Shown: one piece after another, positions 54,360-64,000 of the stretch
Numbering within the stretch: position 1 is the stretch's first letter
Layout: each line of letters begins with the position of its first letter
From: Octopus sinensis
Lineage: Eukaryota
Assembly: GCF_006345805.1 (NCBI RefSeq)
Contig: NC_043013.1
Coordinates: 6,758,001-6,822,000 of the forward strand
DNA: 64,000 nucleotides
Direction: 5' to 3'
Position numbers and translations under genes: made by a program
Notes under the pieces: generated by a model
What the model was told of the DNA's origin: nothing
Seen by the model: only the letters and a program-made list of their open reading frames with translations
Database searches by the model: none

Positions 54360-55030
54360 AAAAATGTCAATTTTGCCATTAAACGCAACGCTGGAATAAC
54401 CATGGCAATCTCGTTGCAGTAACCTGCAGTAGACAGCATCATGGTGGTGTTCCACCTGCCTTCATACCTGACCTCTATGTTCTCAATGTCCTGGTGGAAT
54501 CTTTTTCCTTGCCCCTCACTTATTGTTCTATGATTTTCCAGGAAGTAGTCCAGATAACTACGCAGGAAATGCATGTTTACACTCATTTTGCAGCCCAGTG
54601 CTCAAAAACTGGTTAACAGGGTCTGCACAAGACCTTCATAATTTGATGGCTTCCTGTTTCCTAGGAAATCAGACACAACTGCAGCAAAAGCATCCCATGC
54701 TTCTTTTGCAATGCTAGACATGGTCTCCAAAAAATAGCTCGTCCTGCAATAGCCACCTAATATGTGGTCTGTCAAACAAACCAACCTTAATTTCCTCACA
54801 AGACAAAACTGGAAACTTTCTGCTTAAGTATTTAAAGCAGTCACTGAATCAATATTTCAACACATGTTTTGCACACTACATGGGGTGCACAGGCTTTGTC
54901 TTCTCACCCAGTTTCATGCTAAAGTAAGTATGGTAAGCTTTCTTCATAAAATCTGTGATTTTGTTTCACTGCCTAGGTATAACATCCACAAATATAGCAG
55001 AAGATATAGGGCCTGTTTTTACATTTCCTT
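54360..55030 (-). mobile_element. Degenerate DNA transposase (Chapaev3/CMC-like)
   Basis: MSVNMHFLRSYLDYF..ISEGQGKRFHQDI..EVRYEGRW..MM, AWDAFAAVVSDFLGNRKPSNY and an HxKLG remnant. Family name is from recall of these motifs. Confidence 0.7.
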
Positions 55031-55467
55031 CTCTCACAACTGGCCTTATTTCTGAAATCCAAAAACATATTCAAGCTAGTTGTCTCCTGGGAAAAACATT
55101 TTCAGAACTGTCAACAGTTGTGGCTGTGTGGTAAGTAGCTTGCTTATGAACCACTTGGGCAAGTGTATTCTACTATAGCCTTGGGCTAACCAAAGCCTTG
55201 TGAGTGGATTTAGTTGATGGAAACTGAAAGAAGCCCATTGTATAAATGTATGTATATATGTATGTGTGTGTATATGTTCGTGTGTCTGTGTTTGTCCCCC
55301 CAACATTGCTTGACAACCAATACTGGTGTGTTTACGACCCCGTAACTTAGCGGTTCAGCAAAAGAGACCGATAAAATAAGTATTAGGGTCGATTTGCTTG
55401 ACTCAAGTCGGTGCTCCTGGGGTACTCTTAAATGGGCTTCTTTCAGTTTCCGTTTACCAAATCCACT

Positions 55468-55498
<31 letters not shown>

Positions 55499-56175
55499 CT
55501 GTGTGTCTGTTTGTCCCCCCAACATCGTTTGACAATCGATGCTGGTGTGTTTACGACCCCATAACTTAGCAGTTCAGCAAAAGAGACTGTTATAAAAGGT
55601 ACTAGGCTTACAAAGAATAAATCCTGGGGCGATTTGCTCAACAAAAGGCGGTACCCCAGCATGGCCACAGTCAAATGACTGAAACAAGAAAAAGAGTTAT
55701 AATGTAAGCAAATGCAGATTAGTGATGGCAAAGTTTGATAAAGAGCCTACCTAAGATGAAGCTCTTTTCACAGTTCTTTGACCATACTTGATAAAAAAGT
55801 GATCCATGTGATCTCACAATTAAAACATTAAGGGCACATTCAAAATACTAACTATCATAAGAGACTGTTAAATGCTCAACAAAAATGTATCTTATCTAGT
55901 TTGCAGTGATAGTTACACTAAATCAACCAGAGTGTGAGCATATCTGCAAACAAATTCCACAAAAGCACCATTTGAGCGTGGCCGTTGCCAGTACCGCCTG
56001 ACTGGCCTTCGTGCCGGTGGCATGTAAAAGCACTCACTACATTCTTGGAGTGGTTGGCGTTAGGAAGGGCATCCAGCTGTAGAAACTTTGCCAGCTCAAG
56101 ATTGGAGTCTGGTACAGCCATCTGATTCACCAGTCCTCGGTCAAATTGTCCAATCCATGCTATTATACAATAATA

Positions 56176-56247
<72 letters not shown>

Positions 56248-56293
56248 GTGATGATGTTGATGATGTTGATGATGATGATGATGATGATGATGT

Positions 56294-56328
<35 letters not shown>

Positions 56329-56679
56329 TTTTCACTTTTGTAGTTGTATTTACTTTAAATGACATTGAAAAACTATGTTTTCAAAGTTACGTCAAGCTCC
56401 ATATATGGATTTGCATTTGACGAAGTCAAACCTATCCTTAGAAATGCTGACAATACCAGAAATGTTGAAAAATGGACATTTGAGTTTGTGAAAAATCTTG
56501 ACTTGATAGAGCAAAATGGATTTCATTTTTAAAATCAACCCCCTAGACTTAGTAGGAAACATGTCTCCAACATCAGACAACGAAACCCCTGTTCCTTGTT
56601 CCCCAGTGTAATAATAACAATTTCTTTTATTATTCACAGGGACATAATAATGCATTATGCATTATAAGAGTGTTGAATT

Positions 56680-56830
56680 GCTCCTTTGCAGGATGTGTCG
56701 CAGCAAAAATGAAACAGTCTCACATATTGTGAATGAGTGTAGCAAATAGACTCCAAAAGAATACAAAAGGAAACATGATAAAGTAGTTAAGTGGTTTTAT
56801 TGAAGTGTAAGAAGTGCAGTGTTGAAAGGA
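56680..56830 (+). mobile_element. R4/Dong-like fragment (CCHC zinc knuckle)
   Basis: LCRMCRSKNETVSHIVNECSK*TPKEYKRKHDKVVKW. Confidence 0.75.
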
Positions 56831-57238
56831 CACTGAAATGGTGTGAACAGAAATCAAAAAGTGTCACCAAGAATGAGGGTCAGATTAATCCTTGGTTTGT
56901 GGGGTTCCTTGATTGGCCCTAGTTGTAGTTTCTTCTGTATCAGGACGACTGCGTCATTCATGTTATCACAATACTTTGTATTCTATGTATATCTTGATTG
57001 CATTTCGTTGTCTTTTCCATTCCTTTTTATGCATCCTTATACATAAACTCCACACAAATTGTTGCCTGTTCTTTTCACATTCTCCCATTTATGTGGCTAA
57101 TAAAAAAATTATTATTATTATTATTATTATTATTACTTTGAAAGCCAGATGTCTTACCCAGAAACAAAACATCCTCTTCATTTATGTGACTAATAAAAAA
57201 AATGCTGGCCTGTGACTCTAAGTCAGAAACAATTAATG

Positions 57239-57660
57239 AAGGCAGCGAGTTGGCAGAAGCTTTAGCGCGCTGGGAAAAATGCTTAGCGGTATTTCATCTG
57301 CCACTATGTTTTGAGTTCAAATTCCGCCGAGGTCAACTTTGCCTTTCATCCTTTCGGAGTCGATAAAATTAAGTACCAGTTTCACACTGGGGTCGATGTA
57401 ATCAACCTAATCCCTTTGTCTGTCCTTGTTTGTCCTCTCTGTGTTTAGCCCCTTGTGGGTAGTAAAGAAATGGGTATTTTGCCTGTCTTAACGATCTGAG
57501 TTCAAATTCCGCCGAGGTCGACTTTGCCTTTCATCCTTTCGGGGTCGATAAAATTAAGTACCAGCTTCGCACTGGGTTCGATGTAATCGACTTAATCCGT
57601 TTGTCTGTCCTTGTTTGTCCTCTCTGTGTTTAGCCCCTTGTGGGTAGTAAAGAAATAAGA
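57239..57660 (+). mobile_element. SINE family C, partly dimeric (other copies 10277-11090 three in tandem, 38540-38773 -, 930-1035 -, 9445-9640 -)
   Basis: TGGCAGAA..TTAGC..GAGTTCAAATTCCGCCGAGGTCGACTTTGCCTTTCATCCTTTCGGGGTCGATAAA recurs. Confidence 0.85.
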
Positions 57661-57854
57661 AACAATAAATAAAGATGGAATGATGGTAGAATTGTTAGAG
57701 TGTCTGGGAAAATGTTTTGCAGTATTTCTTCTCATGCTTTTTGTTTTGAGTTTAAATCTTGTTGTGATCAACTTTACCTTTCATCTTTTGAGAGTTAATA
57801 AAATAAAGTACTTTGGAAGTATTTGTGATGGACATTATGGGCTAAGTCCCACAT

Positions 57855-58020
57855 ATAGGCGCAGGAGTGACTGTGTGGTAAGAAGCTTGCTAACCAACCA
57901 CATGGTTCCGGGTTCAGTCCCACTGCGTGGCATCTTGGGCAAGTGTCTTCTGCTATAGCCTCGGGTCGACCAAAGCCTTGTGAGTGGATTTGGTTGATGG
58001 AAACTGAAAGAAGCCTGTCG

Positions 58021-58059
<39 letters not shown>

Positions 58060-58280
58060 GTGTGTATATGTTTGTGTATTTGTGTTTGTCCCTCTAGCAT
58101 TGCTTGACAACCGGTGCTGGTGTGTTTACGTCCCCGTCACTTAGCGGTTCGGCAAAAGAGACCGATAAAATAAGTACTGGGCTTGCAAAGAATAAGTCCC
58201 GGTGTCGATTTACTCGACCAAAGGCGGTGCTCCAGCATGGCCGCAGTCAAATGACTGAAACAAGTAAAAGAGCAAAAGAG
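57855..58280 (+). mobile_element. tRNA-derived SINE family B with internal (TA)n (other copies 3900-4378 -, 25747-26180 +, 27180-27740 -, 39860-40190 -, 40478 onward +, 55115-55700 rearranged, 61120-61590 -)
   Basis: GGAGTGGCTGTGTGGTAAG...GGTTCAGTCCC head, central microsatellite, GGTGCTCCAGCATGGCCGCAGTCAAATGACTGAAACAAG tail. Confidence 0.88.
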
Positions 58281-58340
58281 TAAGAGTATATCAAATTTAC
58301 TGGGCTTGTGACTAAACCAGAAACTATTTTTTTCCTTCAG

Positions 58341-58458
58341 CACATCATATTTTTAGTCAACGATGGAAGCTGTTACCAGTTCTCTAAATAAAAGCATTCA
58401 TGTTAAGAATCCTCCAACAAGTTGGCAGACAGAAGAGGATATTTACAAAGAAGTTCAA
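58341..58458 (+). CDS. CARNS1: Probable first coding exon of the CARNS1-like gene, copy 2 (ATG 58363; MEAVTSSLNKSIHVKNPPTSWQTEEDIYKEVQ)
   Basis: Strong acceptor ttttttccttcag| and donor CAA|gtaagt. Its 32 codons end in phase 0, matching the exon at 62669, and would give a ~930 aa protein, close to the long vertebrate isoform. No homology check was possible. Confidence 0.55.
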
Positions 58459-58556
58459 GTAAGTATTTTCACACATTCAAATTCACACATATGTAACACA
58501 TATAGACAGAAACATGCACATATAACATATGTATACACACACATTTCTATTATCTA

Positions 58557-58957
58557 CTAGCAGTATCGCCCGGCGTTGCTCGGGTTTGTAAGGGAAATAA
58601 CTATATAAGCATTTTTAGAGAGTTATAGCCAAAAAATAGCAAAAAAATGTATTAAAAATGGAAAAAAATTATGGTAAATTCTTTTTTAAATCGTTGACTC
58701 ATCGTAGACATTTTTAGAGAGTTACTTCCCTTATATAATAGCGAAAAAAATGCATTAAAATGGAAAAAAATGATGGTAAATTTTTTTTTAAATCGTAGAC
58801 TCATCGTAGACGCGCGCTAATACCCAGAAGGGCTCGATATGAATTACGACTATAAGATACCCGGTTTTGGCTAAACTGCACTGCAAAATGTGGGAGTAGT
58901 TAGGAATCTAAATCGTAGGAGACAGACAGCACACAACCTCACTTTTATATATAAAGA
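58557..58957 (-). mobile_element. Non-autonomous Helitron, same family as 39018-39411
   Basis: Reverse-complement match including both termini. Confidence 0.85.
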
Positions 58958-59359
58958 TATCAACAGTTTTATTTGTCACGTGGTAGAAATTATGTTGGGC
59001 AAGCTTTAGTTGATTGTAATCATAAGGCTACCAACTTCTTGTATAGCTGCAGGCCAACCAATACCTTATGAGTGAATTTAGTAAATGGAAACTGTGTGGA
59101 AGCTTGTTGTATATATGTATATTGTATGTATGTGTGTGATTCTTTATGTTTATGTTTGTCCAACTCGACTGTTTGACAACCGATGTGGGTTTGTTTATGT
59201 TCCAATTACTTGTGGTTTTGCAAAAGAGACCAATAGAATAAATATCAAATTCACAAATAAGTACTGGGGTAAGCTAGTGAACCCCTCCCCACAAGGTCTA
59301 CGTTTAATCAGGCATTTGAGGATGAAATCCTCCGTCCCCTTTCCACCTTCCTCCACTTC

Positions 59360-59815
59360 CTGCAAAATTCCAAGGAGGGAGAGTTGAAGGAGAGGAAGGA
59401 CTTCATGGAAAAGTCTGAGTAGGGGGACTTCCTGGAAAATTCTAAAGAGAGGGGGTTGAAGGTAGGGAAGGGGAGGGTTTACTATCTGGAAAAGTCCAAG
59501 GAGGGGGAATTGAAGGGGAGGGAGTACTTCCTGGATAAGTCTGAAGAAGAGAACTACCTGAAAATTCTTGGGAGGGTATTTGAAGGGGAGGAAAGGGTGG
59601 GAGAACTACCTGGAAAAGTCCAAAAAGGGGAATTTACTGAAAAAAATCCAAGGATGGGGGTTGCAGAGGAGGAAGGACTTCCTGGAAAAGTCTGAGAAGA
59701 GGGACTTCCTGGGAAGTTCTGAGGAGGGAAGGAAGTACCTCCTGGAAAAGTACAAGGAGGGGGACATCCTGGAAAATTCCAAGGAAGGGAGTTGAAGGGC
59801 AGGAAGGGGAGGGAC
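59360..59815. repeat. Degenerate purine-rich minisatellite (CCTGGAAAAGTCCAAGGAGGG-like)
   Basis: About 10 imperfect copies. Confidence 0.7.
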
Positions 59816-60133
59816 TAAACTCTTCAAGGCAGTACCCCAGTATCACCAGATGCTTAGGTTTTGTTTATGGTCAAGATATCTGGTTTTCAAATGGACCAGT
59901 CTAATCCACCACATGACATTTACTCATTATACAGTAACTCTTAATGATGCAATTTCTCTTTCCTGGCCTCTCCTGTTATTTTCTATGTTTATATATCAAC
60001 AATTATTTATAAAAAAAAAAGAAAAAAGAGAAAAACTGATGCATCGCTACTATTGTTAATCATGAAGCATTTGTCAGTCGGTTCATTTTCTGTCTTTGTT
60101 ACTAACTCTCACTCTCTCTCTCACTCCCTCCCC

Positions 60134-60546
60134 CCATCCATCCATCCATCCATCCATCCATCCATCCATACATACATACAATCATACATACATACATATA
60201 TATATATGCATGCACACACACGTATATACATCGAACTAACAACAGAAGCTCGATGATCCCTGCTCAGGAGAATTTCATCCATCCATCCATCCTTCCATCC
60301 ATCCATCCGTCCGTCCGTCCGTCCGTCCTTCCATCCATCCATCCATCCATCCATCCATCCATCCATCCATCCTTCTTTCCGTCCGTCCGTCCGTCCGTCC
60401 GTCCTTCCATCCATCCATCCATCCATCCATCCATCCTTCCTTCCTTCCTTCCTTCCGTCCGTCCGTCCATCCATCCATCCATCCATCCATCCTTCCTTCC
60501 TTCCTTCCTTCCATCCATCCATCCATCCACCCAACCATCCATCCAT
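60134..60546. repeat. Compound (CCAT)/(CCGT)/(CCTT) microsatellite
   Basis: Direct inspection. Confidence 0.9.
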
Positions 60547-61342
60547 CTAAATTCAAACACACAAATAATTTCTAACAGGCATTTCGTTTTAAACTCCCTC
60601 TCTCTGTCTATCCTACAGTGTCGAGTTTTGATTCTGGGTTGGTCTATTGGGTTGGTTTTGATTCCGGGTTGACACAAATGAACTTTTGTTGTGTCCTTGA
60701 GAAATGTAAATACACCACATTGTTACATTTACTTGTTCTAAAATCTGTATGGGAGGTTGTCAGTTTTTATCCTCTGATCAATTCTGGTCAACTTGATGAA
60801 AGGCATTCCAATTGATACCATCCCCAGGTTTCCTTTTTTTCCCTATAAGAATTACATCCAGGATCATAATATTTTCTTAGATTGTAGGTTGTGATCTGAG
60901 GAAGATTAAGTTTCTATCTTTGCCAGGAAAAAATAGTCTCAAAGGGTTATGTAAATGTGTGAACAAAATTTTCAAGACATAATTTAAGACTAGAAAATCC
61001 ATGCTAATGTTTGAGCATTTTGAAAAAATTCCTTACAAACAAATATGCTTTATCAGGTAAGTTAAAGAATAATTTATTCTATTTTTTAAACTAAATTTCC
61101 TACTTTAAAACAGAGTTGTTTACTCTTTTACTTGTTTCAGTCATTTGACTGTGGCCATGCTGGAGCACCGCCTTTAGTCGAGCTAATCGACCCCAGAATT
61201 TATTCTTTGTAAGCCCAGTACTTATTCTATCAGTCTCTTTTGCCGAACCGCTAAGTTACAGTGACGTAAGCACACCAGCATCAGTTGTCAAGCGATGTTG
61301 CGGAGGGGGGGGGGGCGGACAAACACAGACACACAAACATAT

Positions 61343-61427
<85 letters not shown>

Positions 61428-61606
61428 TACATACATATATACGACGGGTTTCTTTCAGTTTCCGTCTACCAAATCCACTCACAAGGCTTTGGTCAGTCTG
61501 AAGACACTTGCCCAAGGTGCCACGCAGTGGGACTGCACCTGGAACCATGTGGTTCGTAAGCAAGCTACTTACTGCCCTGCCACTCCTACACCTTTTTTTT
61601 TTTTTT

Positions 61607-61919
61607 CTGCGACGACCGCCGGAAAAATGGGGCGCACCGGGATGCCGAGTCCGACGCCAACGCTACAGCCCCGTACCGGTCCGCTGCTTCGCGTGAAGAC
61701 GTGTTCCGGCGCCCGGCGGCGCGACGCCGAGCGAACGGCGACGCGGCCGCGCGGGAGCGAGGCGACACACACGGCCCGACCGACCCGGTCCTCGGAGCCA
61801 ATCCTTCTTCCGAAGGTACGGATCCATTTTGCCGACTTCCCTTACCTACATTGGCGCTATCGACGAGAGGCTGTACACCTTGGAGACCTGCTGCGGATGG
61901 TGGGTACGGACCGACTCGA
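61607..61919 (-). rRNA. 28S rRNA fragment, duplicate copy
   Basis: Duplicate of 4393-4705. Confidence 0.88.
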
Positions 61920-62143
61920 GAGCTGCGATTCGTTACGGACCACGAGTGTGTGTGTCCGTGTGTTATCCACGCGCATCAAAGCGGCGATTTCACTTGAGAG
62001 AGTTCTCGGTCGAGTGCACGAGTCGAAAGAGTTATGCGGCCGGTCGATTGCCGGGGAGTAAGTCTGAGTTACGACTCAGACCACGAGTGTGTGTGTCCGT
62101 GTGTTATCCACGCGCATCGAAGCGGCGATTTCACTTGAGAGAA

Positions 62144-62350
62144 CAGTGTCGGTCGGGGAGTTTGACTGGGGCGGTACGTCTGTCAAACGGTAACGCAGGT
62201 GTCCCAAGGCGAGCTCAGCGTGGACGGAAACCACACGTCGAGCAAAAGGGCAAAAGCTCGCTCGATCTCGATTTTCAGTACGAATACGGACCGCGAAAGC
62301 GTGGCCCATCGATCGTTTCCGAATTACAGCGGCGAGCTATGCGTCCGCCG

Positions 62351-62393
<43 letters not shown>

Positions 62394-62406
62394 GGCCAAG
62401 CGTTCG
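62144..62406 (+). rRNA. 28S rRNA domain V fragment, duplicate copy
   Basis: Duplicate of 4930-5192, with the canonical P-loop GACTGGGGCGG. Confidence 0.9.
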
Positions 62407-62668
62407 CATCTCGTGAACGCCTTCCGGCATCGGTGGCGGCTACGTCCACGCGTCCGTGGGCCGTACCGCGAGCGTGGGTTTGTTCTTTCGGTTTTGGGCA
62501 CGGTCGCGCGGCGGAGGTATGCCAGTAATTTTATTTTCAGTGTACCACAAATCAAAACAGGTGAGAAACAATTATATAGAGGTATTCACGGTGGTTATTT
62601 TTGTTTAGAAGAACAGAGAAATTCGTTATATTTTCCATTTAATTTTCATTATTCTATTCCTGTTTTAG

Positions 62669-63035
62669 CAAGATGCTGAAGATACATGTCTTTTATGGAA
62701 TTACCAATCTTTGGAAGTTCCCGACATTTTATCAAGCATTAATGAAGAAATTCCACGACAATGTTACAAAGCATTGCAGTATTCATTATTCGAAACCGGT
62801 TTCCCAGAGACGCAAGACAGAACATCCAAAGTTAAGGCTCTCTCCCATCAACAGGTTTCAATCACCGTTTTATCATCTCCTGTTGAATGTCTGAGTGTTT
62901 TGTTAGAAGGAGGCGAACAATGTCCTGGAAATATGCTCCTGGTTCTCTCAGATTCCTGGCTTAGCAAGGAACCATCTTCTACACAAAGTTGCAAATTCTC
63001 TTTGTACGTCAACAAGGCCATAGCTTTCTATAAAG
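62669..63035 (+). CDS. CARNS1: CARNS1-like coding exon, copy 2 (gene continues beyond the window)
   Basis: Appears identical to 5455-5821, including splice sites. Confidence 0.85.
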
Positions 63036-64000
63036 GTAAGTTGTTTAATCTGCTAATCTCGATTTCTGATCTCGTTTCCTTAATTCTCTCTCCATTGAAA
63101 CTGTTTTATCCACAGTTTTGGTATTTCACTCCTGTTTCTAAAGGATCAAGAAAATGTGAGGCACCTTCGCACTTGGCTAGGATGCTAGTCTCTCATACTT
63201 ATTACTTACTTTAAATATATTTAATTTTCACTCATTGAAAAGTGGAGTTACATATTCATTGGATTACATAACGTGAGTGGCTGAGTACTCCACAGTCACT
63301 TACATCTTAAAAGTAATCCTCAAAGTACCAACAATGTAACAGATTGTATTTCATTGATGGTGCTTCATATATATATATATATATATATATATCAACCCAT
63401 GCTAGCATGGAAAACAGACGTTAAACAATGATGATGATGATGATGTGTGTATAGTAAAATGGTGGAATGAAGAATTTGGGAAAATAGGTTACGTTCGTTA
63501 ACACTGTGTACAAACTCTATACTTGGAATGACCAATCTTAAATACTGTTGGAACTTATTCACAAGGTATTGGAATCTTACATGTATACCATTCTGCCTAG
63601 ATAATGGATCTGCAGATGCAATATCCCTGCACATCTCACATCTATTTTCATTCCTCCACTTCACTCTCTATTTCAAAAATAACTATTGCTTAACCATTTT
63701 CTCACACCGTCTCTGATGTAAACAACTGTAAGACCTTCTATTTATAAATGTTCTAAAATCTTTCACAGCCTTGGATTTTTATCTCATTCTGAAAATTTTA
63801 TATATATGTATATATATATTTCGTTTTTGCCTTTTGTTAGCAAGATTCTTTAACTGTCACCAGACACAACAGAATATATATTTATAAATCTTAAATAATA
63901 AGCGTGAAAAATTGAATATTAATTTGATTAATATCAATTTAAAACAGTCGTCTAGCATATTGAAAAATTTGAAGATTCAGAAAAATATATATATATATAT

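Larger units (their letters stand above)
60787..64000 (+). repeat. Near-identical direct duplicate of 3564-~6786 (offset ~57.2 kb)
   Basis: Collinear match starting at the first base after the N gap; only about 8 substitutions plus homopolymer/(TA)n length differences noticed. Confidence 0.95.

Overview
AT-rich, microsatellite- and SINE-dense animal genomic DNA. The repeat content (tRNA-derived SINEs with internal (TA)n, Penelope, Dong/R4, RTE, Helitron, mariner) looks like a coleoid cephalopod, probably Octopus (inference). The main gene is a + strand carnosine synthase 1 (CARNS1/ATPGD1)-like double ATP-grasp ligase. Its seven coding exons (5455-5821, 8665-9041, 15227-15395, 17020-17084, 18214-18433, 19140-19402, 21021-22256) have GT-AG junctions in compatible phases. 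A degenerate tandem copy of its last ~1.15 kb follows it. A near-identical second copy of the 5' part (60787-64000 = 3564-~6786) starts ~57.2 kb later, preceded by a probable start exon (58341-58458). Features the ORF track misses: a - strand thyroglobulin type-1 domain exon (36219-36409); a Penelope-type inverted repeat carrying two mirror-image minimal hammerhead ribozymes (29939-30020, 30256-30337); a scrambled 28S rDNA mosaic upstream of the first large CARNS1 exon in both copies; and a ~1.77 kb composite tandem array (43901-52765) that repeats a strong splice donor. Most long ORFs in the track are simple-repeat artefacts. A 100-N gap lies at 3464-3563.
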